The position numbers and the translations under genes were made by a program. Below are positions 19,601 to 28,909 of a stretch of 64,000 nt of DNA, in pieces. A model generated the notes under the pieces. It was not told where the DNA came from. It made no database searches and saw only the letters and a list, made by a program, of their open reading frames with translations. This DNA comes from Candidatus Nomurabacteria bacterium. Its GTDB lineage: Bacteria > Patescibacteriota > Saccharimonadia > Saccharimonadales > CAIOMD01. Location of the stretch: positions 329,049-393,048 of the forward strand of contig JACKGO010000001.1 of assembly GCA_020631975.1 (NCBI GenBank), written 5' to 3'. Positions within the stretch are counted from its first letter, which is position 1, and every line of letters begins with the position of its first letter.

Positions 19601-20310
19601 AGTACTTCGTGTGCATCTTGATCTTCGTGTTTTAGGTAATGCGCGTCACAAGTTACAACGACTGGTATGTCTAGCTCTTTGGCAAGATCAAGAATTTTTG
19701 TATTAATATCCTCTTGTTCTTTGTTGGTGAGGGGATTATCAGGGTGGCCGTGGTCTTGAATTTCTAAATAATATCTATCACCAAAAGTTTTTTTATACCA
19801 CAATGCTACTTCTTTTGCCTGCTTACGTTGCCCATTTTTTAGGGCATTGGCTACTTCACCACTCATACACGCACTCAAGGCGATTACACCTTCATTATAC
19901 TTTTCTAACAAATCATGATCTATCCGAGGATGATAGTAAAAGCCTTCTAAGTTCGCAATAGTAGAAAGCCGCATTATATTTTTATACCCAGTGTTGTTCA
20001 TGGCGAGCAGCACCAAATGATATCGCTGTTTATCTTTTGCTGGGTCTTTGTCAGTGTGTTTGCGCATAGCAACGTATGTCTCTATGCCTATGATTGGTTT
20101 TATACCCTTTGCTTTGGCTTCCTTGTAAAATTCTACCGATCCACTTAAAGTGCCATGATCTGTTTTAGCTATCGCTTCCATACCCTGTTCTTTTGCAAAA
20201 TCAAGCAATGGTCCTAATTGTGTAAGACCATCTAATAAACTAAATTGCGTATGATTGTGCAAATGCACATAGTCACTAGGACGAAGCGTAGCGATAACAG
20301 CACCCCTCAC
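16693..20310 (-). CDS. dnaE: DNA polymerase III alpha subunit
   Basis: 1205 aa with an N-terminal PHP domain (VHLHNHTQFSLLDG), polymerase core and C-terminal OB fold. GTG start. Confidence 0.95.
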   Translation of the reverse strand: MRGAVIATLRPSDYVHLHNHTQFSLLDGLTQLGPLLDFAKEQGMEAIAKTDHGTLSGSVEFYKEAKAKGIKPIIGIETYVAMRKHTDKDPAKDKQRYHLVLLAMNNTGYKNIMRLSTIANLEGFYYHPRIDHDLLEKYNEGVIALSACMSGEVANALKNGQRKQAKEVALWYKKTFGDRYYLEIQDHGHPDNPLTNKEQEDINTKILDLAKELDIPVVVTCDAHYLKHEDQDAHEVLLCVGTGSYVSEEKRMSLKDFPLHVEKPSEIIQRWGKDYPEVITNTKAVAERCDIEIELGNILIPQFPVPKKYTEKSYLHELVYKGLAERYAPKKPSHKEAKNQLPKEVISRAEYELDVIDSMGFNGYFLIIWDFVAWGKKQGIMFGPGRGSAAGSIIAYALHITDLDPIKNDLLFERFLNPDRISMPDIDIDIQDNRRGEVIEYCVAKYGDDRVANIVTYGRMAARAAVRDVARVLQVPYADADRMAKLVPPPQQGRHLPLATSIKENNDLKKEYTSNPQAKEVYDMAVRLEGTIRSHGVHAAGVVIAPNDIVSYVPLEMAQKGVVSTQYPMGIIEELGLLKMDFLGLSNLTTIKNALRIIRKVYGVTIDINTLPLDDKKTYELLGKGDTTGVFQLESAGMKRYLKELKPTEFNDIIAMCALYRPGPLKAGLVDMFVRRKNGKEAVSVPHKKFENALSSTYGTLVYQEQVMQISKEVCGFSGGEADTLRKAIGKKIREVMLKMQQKFIDGGVEHSGVPKDVMEKFWDDLMGFADYAFNKSHSACYALIAYWTAYLKAHYPAAFMAALMTSDYDDIDRLAIEITECKHMGITVLPPDVNESFHEFSVVPHKQDEAPSIRFGMDAIKNVGHNAVENIIVARETHGQFNELADFLEHTNARQINKKVLESLIKSGALDRFGDRSALLESIDSIVAVSSKLSKEALDGQVDLFGAGEIAKVKPEVEIVSTGLYQTHEYLQWERELLGLYLSSHPLESYDVILTEKAVPLATIRIDDDGKTATIGGSISDLRQITTKNGQAMAFVQVEDIVGDQIEVVVFPRVLEANSASIVKDKVVLVKGRVNSKDKAGNAMAEPKLIADTFMLLSLDEAKAYQPTGVKTSLGKPKKTQSRPPIDTPLPKTKRLYIRLQTHHTDDVLRDIKVILEQHLGNTETVLVVGDKKRPIRLSQKIKYSEGFHEALANVVGDDAVKLH

Positions 20311-20340
20311 CGTTATGTAATGATTTATCTCTAATTATTA

Positions 20341-20371
20341 TAAAAGGGCCCGTGCAATATGTCACGGACCC
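20341..20371 (-). terminator. Rho-independent terminator downstream of the ytxH-like gene
   Basis: The minus strand reads GGGTCCGTG-ACATATTG-CACGGGCCC (9-bp stem with 1 mismatch) followed by TTTTAT. Confidence 0.55.
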
Positions 20372-20395
20372 TAGTAAATTACACTACAGTCTTAT

Positions 20396-20803
20396 CTAAG
20401 ATTTTTTTAAATAATCTATGAGATGTTGCTTTGCTTCGCTCGCTTCGGTGAGAGCCTTGTGCAAATCTTTATCTTGCGCTTCGCCTTGTTTAACAGCCTG
20501 CAAGACATCTTTAGCTTTCGTCTGTGCGACTTTTGCTTTCCCTACTAGTTCATGAACTTCTTTTTTACCCTTGTCAGAATAATATTTTGCTTTTTGGGTA
20601 GCTTCTTCTATTACTACATTAAGTTCATCACGGGCTGCTTGTAATCGCTTGCCAGCTTCTGCCGCGTACTTATCGGCTTTATCTTTAATATCCTTGCGTG
20701 TTTCTTTACCACTTTTAGGAGCGGTGAGTATACCCGTTACGTACCCTGCAACTGCTCCAACTACGACAGCAGTAACTACGTTTTTGCCACTTGCTTTTGC
20801 CAT
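20396..20803 (-). CDS. YtxH domain-containing protein
   Basis: N-terminal GAVAGYVTGILTAPKSGKETRKDIKDKA, then a helical K/E-rich region. Confidence 0.75.
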   Translation of the reverse strand: MAKASGKNVVTAVVVGAVAGYVTGILTAPKSGKETRKDIKDKADKYAAEAGKRLQAARDELNVVIEEATQKAKYYSDKGKKEVHELVGKAKVAQTKAKDVLQAVKQGEAQDKDLHKALTEASEAKQHLIDYLKKS

Positions 20804-20806
20804 GAC

Positions 20807-21058
20807 TTAGTCCCCTTTCGATTGCTTATATTGTGAAACGACTTTCGTAACCATAGACATGACAGCAGTAGGCAGTGCAAACTGTCTTATCTTATCAGAA
20901 AAGCTGTCTATGTTGGTTACTATAGATTCGGCATGTTCGGTAATGACATCTATGCGTTTTAATACACGCACCATCAATACCCCTACGACAATAGCTATAA
21001 TCAAAAATATTGCGAGTGTGATTGAAAGTATAATGACTAAAATTTCAAATGCATCCAT
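20807..21058 (-). CDS. DUF948-like small membrane protein
   Basis: 83 aa with one N-terminal TM helix and then a helical region. It pairs with a YtxH gene, as in Firmicutes. Confidence 0.55.
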   Translation of the reverse strand: MDAFEILVIILSITLAIFLIIAIVVGVLMVRVLKRIDVITEHAESIVTNIDSFSDKIRQFALPTAVMSMVTKVVSQYKQSKGD

Positions 21059-21077
21059 ATACTATATTTTACACACA

Positions 21078-21956
21078 TTACTTGTTAAGTCGAGCGACCA
21101 AATAATCTCTAAACTCTTTTCCAAGCGTTTTATCTGCGAGGGCGTGATCTACAATTGCCCTTAAGTAGCTGGCTTTGTCACCTGCGTCGTGATAAATACC
21201 TTCTATGAATTTACCATATACCTTACCCTGTTGGGCAAGCTCATTAATACTATCGGCAAGTACTATTTCTCCGCTGTGTCCAACGTTTTCTTGTGCTACC
21301 ACTGGCAGAATATCAGGAGTTAGTAAATAGCCACTCACTGCCGCAAATCTTGATGGTGCTGCATGTGGGCCAGGCTTTTCTACGAGCCTTTTTACTTGGG
21401 CATAGCCCTTTGATTGCTCGCCAACTATATCTGCGATACCGTATTTACTGGTATCTGCATCATTGACAGTAATAAGCGAGATGACAGACGCTCCTGTGGC
21501 TTCATATACCTTTAGCAGCTGAGTAGCTTGTGGTATTTTGCTTCTAAAAAAATCGTCGGCAAAAAACATAAAAAATGGTTCATCGTCATCAAGTAAATGG
21601 GATGCATTTAAAAGCGGCCGAGCGTTCCCTTTTGGCGTTCCCTTTTGGCGCACATAAATAAAATTTGCTAACTCTGCAATTTTTTTAATTTCGTCAGCCT
21701 GTTTAATTTTACCTTTATGGCGGAGCTCGTTTTCAAGCTCATCGCTTCTATCAAAATGGTCTTCGATCGCTCGTTTTGTACTACCTGTCACAATAATTAT
21801 ATCTGTTACACCAGATGCTACCAGCTGTTCTACGATTATTTGTATGACTGGCTTGTCTATGATGGGAAGCATTTCTTTTGGCATTGCTTTGGTTTGCGGT
21901 AAGAAACGTGTCCCCAAGCCTGCAGCCGCAATAATAGCTTTGGTTGGCTTTTTCAT
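21078..21956 (-). CDS. galU: UTP--glucose-1-phosphate uridylyltransferase
   Basis: AAGLGTRFLPQTKAMPKEMLPI nucleotidyltransferase motif; 292 aa. Confidence 0.88.
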   Translation of the reverse strand: MKKPTKAIIAAAGLGTRFLPQTKAMPKEMLPIIDKPVIQIIVEQLVASGVTDIIIVTGSTKRAIEDHFDRSDELENELRHKGKIKQADEIKKIAELANFIYVRQKGTPKGNARPLLNASHLLDDDEPFFMFFADDFFRSKIPQATQLLKVYEATGASVISLITVNDADTSKYGIADIVGEQSKGYAQVKRLVEKPGPHAAPSRFAAVSGYLLTPDILPVVAQENVGHSGEIVLADSINELAQQGKVYGKFIEGIYHDAGDKASYLRAIVDHALADKTLGKEFRDYLVARLNK

Positions 21957-21957
21957 G

Positions 21958-23421
21958 TTACTTTACTCCGAGTTGCTTTTTAATCAGCTGCTGCACAATT
22001 GCTGGGTTGGCTTTGCCAGCACTCGCTTTCATTACTTGGCCCACCAAAAAGCCTATTGCCTTAAGTTCGCCATTTCGTACATCTAGTGCAGCTTTTTGGT
22101 TCTCTGCGAGCACTCGTTCAACAACTAATACGAGCTCTCCTTCGTCAGACACTTGCAACAAATCATGTTTTTTAGCAACTTCCATAGGTTCTGTATTGGT
22201 TGTAATCATCTCTGTTAGTATGCCCTTAGCGGCACTGCTGCTCACTTTGTTGTCATTTTGCATAGAAGCCAATGCAACAAGCAGGGGTACAGCCGATTGC
22301 ACTTGTAGCCATGTCATTTTATTGTCTGCCACGAGCTTGGTTATTTCGCCGACACACCAGTGGGCAATAGTTTTCGCTGTGAGTGTATCGTGCTGCTCAA
22401 TTGTCACTCGAACAATATTGGCAATGATTGGTAATTCTATAATGGTTGAAATTTGTGTCGTATCTAAACCAAGTTCACCAAATTGTTCGCGGAGTGCAGC
22501 AGGTAGTAACGGCATAGTTTGAGCTTCATAGCTAATTGCCTCTTGGCTGACTGTAATGGGTGGAATATCAGGATCAGGAAAATACCTATAGTCATGTGCA
22601 TCTTCTTTGCTCCGCTGAGATACCGTTTGTTGTGTATCATCATCCCATCCACGTGTTTCTTGTACAATAGACTGGCCTTTTTCTAGTAAGCGTATTTGCC
22701 GTTTTATTTCGTACTCAACTGCTTTTTCTACACTCTTAAAACTATTTAAGTTTTTCGTTTCACTTCTGGTGCCTAATTTTTTTGGATCAGTGCTAACACT
22801 TACGTTCACATCAAAACGCATGTTGCCATGATATAGGTCTACATCGGAAACATCAGCGTATTTCATCAGAAGATACAATTCATGCACATACGCACGAGCT
22901 TCCTCAGCAGAATGCATATCAGGTGCCGATACAATTTCTAGTAGTGGGGTACCTGCGCGATTAAGATCTACCAGACTGTAGGTTTCGCCAGTTGGATGGC
23001 TGCTTTTACCTGCATCTTCTTCTAAGTGTGCCCGCTCGATACCTACCGTGACATACGAGCCATCTAGCATTGGCGCTTCTACCGTGCCGTCTACTACTAT
23101 AGGTCGTTCATATTGTGTAATTTGATAACCTTTTGGCAAATCTGGGTAAAAATAATGTTTTCTGTCAAAGTGACTGGTTGGCGAAATAGTAGCGCGTAGA
23201 GCTAAGCCTGCCCTAATAGACAACGGTATCACTGCTGCATTTAGTACCGGTAATGTACCCGGCATACCAATACACAAAGGGCTAATGAGTGTATTAGGCG
23301 AAGCCTCACGGGCATCGTTGTCTACACCAGCAAATAGCTTCGTCTTTGTTTTTAATTGCACATGACACTCTATCCCTATCGTAGGATAGTAGCGATTTTG
23401 TACGAGGTATTTCTTGTCCAT
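21958..23421 (-). CDS. gatB: Asp/Glu-tRNA amidotransferase subunit B
   Basis: IGIECHVQL, DLNRAGTPLLEIV and a GatB/YqeY C-terminus; 487 aa. Confidence 0.95.
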   Translation of the reverse strand: MDKKYLVQNRYYPTIGIECHVQLKTKTKLFAGVDNDAREASPNTLISPLCIGMPGTLPVLNAAVIPLSIRAGLALRATISPTSHFDRKHYFYPDLPKGYQITQYERPIVVDGTVEAPMLDGSYVTVGIERAHLEEDAGKSSHPTGETYSLVDLNRAGTPLLEIVSAPDMHSAEEARAYVHELYLLMKYADVSDVDLYHGNMRFDVNVSVSTDPKKLGTRSETKNLNSFKSVEKAVEYEIKRQIRLLEKGQSIVQETRGWDDDTQQTVSQRSKEDAHDYRYFPDPDIPPITVSQEAISYEAQTMPLLPAALREQFGELGLDTTQISTIIELPIIANIVRVTIEQHDTLTAKTIAHWCVGEITKLVADNKMTWLQVQSAVPLLVALASMQNDNKVSSSAAKGILTEMITTNTEPMEVAKKHDLLQVSDEGELVLVVERVLAENQKAALDVRNGELKAIGFLVGQVMKASAGKANPAIVQQLIKKQLGVK

Positions 23422-23422
23422 G

Positions 23423-23830
23423 TTACCAAACCCCTAAGTCTTTAAATGTCTTGTGGTATGCACTTAATGCAGACTTCACTTGCTTTTCACTCGGCTCAAA
23501 TGCGGTTTCGTGTACAATTTTGTTTCGTAACTTATGTGCTGTCCATATATCATCACGGTGCCGTAGTGCATTTTTGCCAGCTATCAGCCTTTCTGCCATT
23601 GTTTCACCTTTGTAACCCAGGCCTTTTAAAGCTTCATCTAGGAGCTTGTCGGCATGCACAATACTTAATGGCCGAGATTTAGCATCTTTACTTAAAGCAA
23701 CAATATCATTCCATTCATTAATAAAATGCGCTTTATCTATCCCCTTTGTGCTGGGTTTTGCCACCAGGTTTAAAAGCACGAGTATCACTACAGCGACGAC
23801 AATAATGCCAATAATTACACCAATGCTCAT
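23423..23830 (-). CDS. Hypothetical membrane-anchored protein with RNxxxH (HEPN-like) motif, embedded in the gatCAB operon
   Basis: 135 aa with an N-terminal TM helix and R102-N-K-I-V-H107. Its ATG overlaps the gatA stop (ATGA at 23830..23827), GGAGAA lies 7 nt upstream, and its stop is 1 nt before the gatB ATG. Confidence 0.7.
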   Translation of the reverse strand: MSIGVIIGIIVVAVVILVLLNLVAKPSTKGIDKAHFINEWNDIVALSKDAKSRPLSIVHADKLLDEALKGLGYKGETMAERLIAGKNALRHRDDIWTAHKLRNKIVHETAFEPSEKQVKSALSAYHKTFKDLGVW

Positions 23831-25254
23831 AGTAATTTCTCCGTTGCCTGGGCAATTCCGAGCAGTTGCCGATCGTGCAGTTGTGGTGCCATAAACTGAA
23901 TACCAATTGGTAATTTATTCACCTCTCCAGCCGGGATACTAATCGCCGGAATACCAACAAGGTTGGCTGCCACAGTCATAATGTCTGCTAAATACATCTG
24001 CAATGGGTCACCTACATTTTGGCCAAGCTTAAAAGCGGTAAAAGGTGCTGTTGGGCCAACCAAAAAATCTACAGATGTAAATACTTCTGCAAATTCATTA
24101 ATGAGTTTGGTGCGAACAGTTTGAGCACGTTTGTAATATGCATCGTAGTAGCCACTTGAAAGCACGTAGGTACCAATCATTATTCGCCGCTTATTTTCTG
24201 CTTCAAAACCACGCTCTCTGGCAATTTCATATGATTCTTCTAAATCCTGTGCGTCTGATGCAGCTAAACCATAGCGCTGGCCATCATAACGGCTCAAATT
24301 ACTACTCACTTCTGCCGGAACAATAATGTAATAACACGCTAGAGCAAGATCAATAGAAGGTAGTGATACCTGTTTGATCTCTGCACCAGCAGATTCTAGT
24401 TTTTTTATAGTAGCGAGTGTCGCATTTTTAATATCCGAATCTATACCGTCAGCATAAAATTCTTTAATTACACCGATCTTTTTACCCTTGAGTGAACTGT
24501 CTAGCTTAGTGTAACTTGTGGTGTCTCGCTGTATTGTTGTACCATCAAGCGGGTCACGTCCGCTCATGACGTCGAGTACCAGTGCTGCATCCTCGCTTGT
24601 TCTTGTAAGAGGACCAATGACGTCAGTAGAACTTGCCATTGCTACCACACCAAATCTAGACACCAACCCATAGGTAGGTTTTAAACCAACAATTCCACAA
24701 AAACTAGCTGGCAGACGTATAGAGCCACCTGTATCTGTACCTAGTGCAAAGGGGGCAATGTTGAGCGCAACCGCAGCACCAGAACCACCGCTAGACCCAC
24801 CGGGCACCCGGCTCGTGTCTATAGGGTTTTTGGTTGGACCAAACGCGCTGTTTTCTGTGCTAGAACCATGCGCAAATGCATCAAGGTTAGCTTTGGCAAT
24901 AACTATTGCGCCTGCGGCTTCTAGCTTTTGTATCGCTGTAGCCTGAAACGGTGCTTCAAACGGTTCTAGTATGTGGCTCGCTGCAGTCGTTGGTGTACCA
25001 AGCGTTAAAAAATTATCTTTTGCCACAAACGGTATACCCGCAAGATCGCCAACAGATTTACCTGCTTTTATGTCTGCATCTATTTGGCTGGCACGCTTCA
25101 ACGCCCGTTCTTCTGGTATAGATAAAATAGCATTGTAGTCTTTAGTAGCCTTGGCTCTTTTAATAGCCTCTGTAACAAGGCTAACAGCAGACGTTTTGCC
25201 AGACTGTACAGAAGCAACCAATTCACGTATCGGCAACCACTGATCAAACATCAT
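23827..25254 (-). CDS. gatA: Glu-tRNA(Gln) amidotransferase subunit A
   Basis: Amidase signature GGSSGGSGAAVA; 475 aa. Confidence 0.95.
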   Translation of the reverse strand: MMFDQWLPIRELVASVQSGKTSAVSLVTEAIKRAKATKDYNAILSIPEERALKRASQIDADIKAGKSVGDLAGIPFVAKDNFLTLGTPTTAASHILEPFEAPFQATAIQKLEAAGAIVIAKANLDAFAHGSSTENSAFGPTKNPIDTSRVPGGSSGGSGAAVALNIAPFALGTDTGGSIRLPASFCGIVGLKPTYGLVSRFGVVAMASSTDVIGPLTRTSEDAALVLDVMSGRDPLDGTTIQRDTTSYTKLDSSLKGKKIGVIKEFYADGIDSDIKNATLATIKKLESAGAEIKQVSLPSIDLALACYYIIVPAEVSSNLSRYDGQRYGLAASDAQDLEESYEIARERGFEAENKRRIMIGTYVLSSGYYDAYYKRAQTVRTKLINEFAEVFTSVDFLVGPTAPFTAFKLGQNVGDPLQMYLADIMTVAANLVGIPAISIPAGEVNKLPIGIQFMAPQLHDRQLLGIAQATEKLL

Positions 25255-25544
25255 CCCACCATCCTTTTTACCTTAAACCGATGGTCTTTTACCGCTGGTG
25301 CATTGGCCAGTAAAGCGTCGCTACTTACACCATAGTCTATTTCTACGTCTTTTCGCACAACATTGGTAAGACCAGTCACCTGACTGGTTGGTTCTAGCCC
25401 TGTAATATCAACATCTTGCAGGCGTTCAACATAGCCTACTATAGCCGTCAACTCTTCTTTAAATTGTGCTACCTCTTTTTTGGTTAGCTGCAGCTTACTT
25501 AGTTTTGCCAGCTTAATAATGTCTTCGTCACTAAATGTACTCAT
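25251..25544 (-). CDS. gatC: Asp/Glu-tRNA amidotransferase subunit C
   Basis: GatC-like (IIKLAKLSKLQLTKKEV). ATG at 25544 preferred over the ORF-track 25565 because a -10 box sits 7 nt upstream. 4-nt overlap with gatA. Confidence 0.85.
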   Translation of the reverse strand: MSTFSDEDIIKLAKLSKLQLTKKEVAQFKEELTAIVGYVERLQDVDITGLEPTSQVTGLTNVVRKDVEIDYGVSSDALLANAPAVKDHRFKVKRMVG

Positions 25545-25551
25545 TGTATTA

Positions 25552-25581
25552 AGTATACGCACCAACAGCTGAATGCCTCAA
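25552..25581 (-). promoter_or_regulatory. Candidate gatC promoter giving a leaderless mRNA (-35 TTGAGG, 18 nt, -10 TATACT, 7 nt to ATG)
   Basis: On the minus strand TATACT is at 25557..25552 and TTGAGG at 25581..25576. There is no SD before ATG 25544. Confidence 0.45.
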
Positions 25582-25592
25582 GGTGATTTTTG

Positions 25593-27566
25593 CTACATTT
25601 TCTTTTCTATGGCGGTAATGAGGTCACGTAAGTCGGCTGCTTTTTCAAATTCTAGGTTTTTAGCGGCGAGCTCCATCTGATTTGTAAGATCTTTTATAAT
25701 CAATGGGTATTCTTCTGCTGGGATTTTTGAGATATCTTTTTTAAGTGTTTTGGCTTCTTTTGTTTCAGATGAAAGTTCAGTGCGCATTGTTTCGGCAATG
25801 GCCTTTTGAATACCACGGGGTGTTATACCATGCTTCGTATTGTATGCTTCTTGAATACTACGGCGACGATTGGTCTCATCTATGGCACGCTTCATACTAC
25901 CTGTAATGGTATCTGCATACATAATGACCGTGCCCTCGATATGCCGCGCAGCACGCCCAATGGTTTGTATTAGGGCAGGCTCACTGCGCAAAAAACCTTC
26001 TTTATCGGCGTCTAGTATGGCAACAAGGCTTACTTCAGGTAAGTCTAAGCCTTCGCGGAGCAAATTAATACCAACAAGCACGTCATATATGCCTAAACGA
26101 AGATCACGCAAAATGTCTATACGGTCTAGCGTATCTACATCGCTATGTAGGTACTGCACTTTTACCCCTAACTCTTCTAAATATTCACTTAGGTCTTCTG
26201 CCATACGTTTTGTGAGCGTAGTTACTAGCACACGCTGATGTTTCGCAACGCGTTCTCTTACTTCTGCTAATAAATCGTCTACTTGGCCCGTTACGGGGCG
26301 TACAATAATTGTTGGGTCAAGCAAGCCTGTCGGCCGAATAACCTGCTGTACGGGCTCCGGTGAACGTGACAGTTCATATTCTGCCGGAGTAGCAGATACA
26401 TATACAACTTGCGATATATGCTGCTCAAACTCACTGAATGTCAATGGGCGATTATCTAGCGCGCTTGGTAAACGAAAGCCATAGTCTACTAACACCTCTT
26501 TGCGGGCTCGATCGCCGTTGTACATACCTCGCACCTGTGGTAGGGTCATGTGGCTTTCGTCAATCATCAATAAAAAATCGTCTGGATAGTAATCAAGAAG
26601 CGTCGCTGGTTGTTCACCAGGTTCACGGTTCGTTAAGTAGCGACTATAGTTTTCTATTCCTTTTACAAAACCAGTTTCTTCTAGCATTTCAAGGTCAAAT
26701 TTGGTGCGTTGAGCTAAGCGCTGGGCTTCTAAAAGTTGATTGTTCGCATTAAAGTACTGTAATCGTTGCTGTAATTCTGTTTGAATATTAGCGATTGCAC
26801 CTTTTAACTTTTGCTGGGGTGTTACGTAGTGTGACCCAGGATAAATAGTATATGATTCTAGCGATGCCTCTATTTCGCCTGTTAATGGGTTTATCTTGGT
26901 AATCCGGTCTACCTCGTCACCAAAAAAATCTATGCGATACGCCGATTCTTCACCTGCAGGGAACACATCAACAACATCACCACGTACTCGGAACGTACTT
27001 CTGGTAAAGGCAATATCGTTTCGGTGATATTGGATGTCTGTTAGTTGGCGCAAAAATTTATCGCGCAAGCGGCGTTCCCCAACAGCAACGCGAATAGCCA
27101 TTGTGCCGTAATCGTCTACAGACCCAATACCATAAATACAACTGACACTCGCAACAATTAAGACGTCACGGCGTGATAAAAGTGCACTGGTAGCAGCGTG
27201 ACGTAACCTATCTATTTCTTCATTAATTTGGCTATCTTTTTCTATATATGTATCACTCCGAGCAATATATGCTTCTGGTTGATAGTAGTCAAAGTAACTC
27301 ACAAAATAATGAACAGCATTATTAGGGAAAAAAACTTTGAATTCATTATACAACTGTGCAGCCAACGTCTTGTTATGAGCCAGCACTAACGTGGGTTTTT
27401 GGGTATTTTGCACGACGTTTGCCATTGTAAAGGTCTTACCAGAACCAGTAACACCGAGCAATGTCTGATGTTGCAGACCCTGTTGGATCCCTTTGGTTAG
27501 TGCAGCAATTGCCTTTGGCTGATCACCAGTCGGCTCGTATGAGGTTTGTAAATCAAAAGATGCCAT
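25593..27566 (-). CDS. uvrB: Excinuclease ABC subunit B
   Basis: [10 protein letters not shown] Walker A, helicase motifs and a C-terminal UVR domain (FEKAADLRD); 657 aa. Confidence 0.95.
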   Translation of the reverse strand: MASFDLQTSYEPTGDQPKAIAALTKGIQQGLQHQTLLGVTGSGKTFTMANVVQNTQKPTLVLAHNKTLAAQLYNEFKVFFPNNAVHYFVSYFDYYQPEAYIARSDTYIEKDSQINEEIDRLRHAATSALLSRRDVLIVASVSCIYGIGSVDDYGTMAIRVAVGERRLRDKFLRQLTDIQYHRNDIAFTRSTFRVRGDVVDVFPAGEESAYRIDFFGDEVDRITKINPLTGEIEASLESYTIYPGSHYVTPQQKLKGAIANIQTELQQRLQYFNANNQLLEAQRLAQRTKFDLEMLEETGFVKGIENYSRYLTNREPGEQPATLLDYYPDDFLLMIDESHMTLPQVRGMYNGDRARKEVLVDYGFRLPSALDNRPLTFSEFEQHISQVVYVSATPAEYELSRSPEPVQQVIRPTGLLDPTIIVRPVTGQVDDLLAEVRERVAKHQRVLVTTLTKRMAEDLSEYLEELGVKVQYLHSDVDTLDRIDILRDLRLGIYDVLVGINLLREGLDLPEVSLVAILDADKEGFLRSEPALIQTIGRAARHIEGTVIMYADTITGSMKRAIDETNRRRSIQEAYNTKHGITPRGIQKAIAETMRTELSSETKEAKTLKKDISKIPAEEYPLIIKDLTNQMELAAKNLEFEKAADLRDLITAIEKKM

Positions 27567-27602
27567 GTAAATACTAGTATACTACTCTTAGGATATAAAG
27601 TT

Positions 27603-28133
27603 TTACGGGTTGGGGTTTGTATATGTTACGAGCCCATCACGACACTGAGAGCTTAGCCCACGTGGAATATCAAACGCATTTACAGCATCACACGGCGGGA
27701 GGTCATTACCCGCATATATTACCGTCCATACGCCACTAATTTTAGATAGTAGCAACGTGTCTGCTCCATTGCAGTTTTTTTCTATCCGTGCAAATGAATC
27801 GTAGACAACATTGACAACCGTATACTGTAGCGTGCCAGCGAATTGCCCATTAATAATACAGCCTGTTTTGAGCTTTTTATAATCTTGTACCAAAAAATTC
27901 TGCAAATCTTGCGGAGCACTCTGATAATTAATAATTTCGTTTGGGTAGTTAGTGCCATCGCCAATGAGACGCATTTTTTCTACCATTTCTTTACTATACA
28001 ATGCGTCTGACGCTGATTCGTTAGCAGAACGCAGCGCATTGTATGCTTGGTACGCACGTACAAAAACAACACCACTCGCTAGTGTCGTAACGAATACTAT
28101 GATAACAATCGTAGCTACCCGGGGCAGCGACAT
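27603..28133 (-). CDS. Hypothetical membrane-anchored extracytoplasmic protein; the N-terminus is probably truncated by a frameshift (see finding 28134-28294)
   Basis: 176-aa ORF with a TM helix right after the ATG and 4 Cys in the C-terminal domain. 47 further in-frame sense codons lie upstream with no start codon among them. Confidence 0.65.
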   Translation of the reverse strand: MSLPRVATIVIIVFVTTLASGVVFVRAYQAYNALRSANESASDALYSKEMVEKMRLIGDGTNYPNEIINYQSAPQDLQNFLVQDYKKLKTGCIINGQFAGTLQYTVVNVVYDSFARIEKNCNGADTLLLSKISGVWTVIYAGNDLPPCDAVNAFDIPRGLSSQCRDGLVTYTNPNP

Positions 28134-28408
28134 AGATAGCAGCTGCTTGTGTTTATGGTGCCGACGTTTTATTTTTGGGCGGGGTTTTATTACTTGTTTT
28201 TTTGGTTTTACTTTATAGATACGCTCCGGCGTCTTGGTGCGCCGTTGCTGTGCTATGGTAGCGTTAGGGCTTTTTTAGTTGTAGACTTGGGCATAGTTAC
28301 CCAGCTCGTTTCGTTACCTCTTCATCACCATGCAAAAACCACTCGTTCGCAATAGCGGAAGTATCAATCTCTCAATTTCAACATCTAACTTTTCTATCAT
28401 CCTTCTAA

Positions 28409-28909
28409 CTAATGATTCTGGATCGCTATCAAAATTATGCTACTTTTGTGTGGTACTTCGAGCTTTTCTATTAAATCTGGCAATACATCTGCGGTGCCAC
28501 CTGTGCCAGTAAGAACACCGCACGGTGTACCATTTTCTATAGCGGTAGCAAACTCGTGCAAACTGCCAAATCTACCACCTATTGTGATAACTGCATCTGA
28601 TGATTGCACCATATATGTATCTCTACCTACATAGTTAAGCCCAGTAAAATTAATGAAGTCAAACATGCCTATAGGTAGTCGATATTTCATCACATGTTCC
28701 CTTAATGATGTGGCTGGTGAAAAACCTATACTAGCACCATGGGCCCTATGGGCTGCTCGTGCTGCGTAAAAAGGTAAGCCTACCGTAGCGCCTGTAGTGA
28801 TTATGTGGCCACTTTTTGCTATGGCCCGACCTACTTTTTCTGCGGCATATTTTGATTGCTCAACGGTTTTACCTGCAGCAGCACCAGAAACACAAATAGA
28901 ATACTTCAC
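28409..28909 (-). CDS. LOG/TIGR00725-like Rossmann-fold protein (putative nucleotide phosphoribohydrolase family)
   Basis: 166 aa. GGRFGSLHE resembles the LOG PGGxGTxxE motif. The GTG start overlaps the upstream stop by 1 nt (TAGTG). Confidence 0.65.
   Translation of the reverse strand: MKYSICVSGAAAGKTVEQSKYAAEKVGRAIAKSGHIITTGATVGLPFYAARAAHRAHGASIGFSPATSLREHVMKYRLPIGMFDFINFTGLNYVGRDTYMVQSSDAVITIGGRFGSLHEFATAIENGTPCGVLTGTGGTADVLPDLIEKLEVPHKSSIILIAIQNH

Noticed and set aside
23827-23829. Alternative genetic code (UGA recoded, as in some CPR lineages)
   Set aside because: TGA terminates gatA and the tkt-internal ORF at positions that give normal protein lengths and classic ATGA coupling. All recognised proteins have normal lengths under the standard bacterial code.
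28295-28408. 27-codon minus-strand ORF (MIEKLDVEIERLILPLLRTSGFCMVMKR) downstream of the LOG-like gene
   Set aside because: The only purine-rich stretch (AGAAGG) abuts the ATG with zero spacing. I have no conservation information. It is most likely non-coding promoter or leader sequence of the frameshifted gene.
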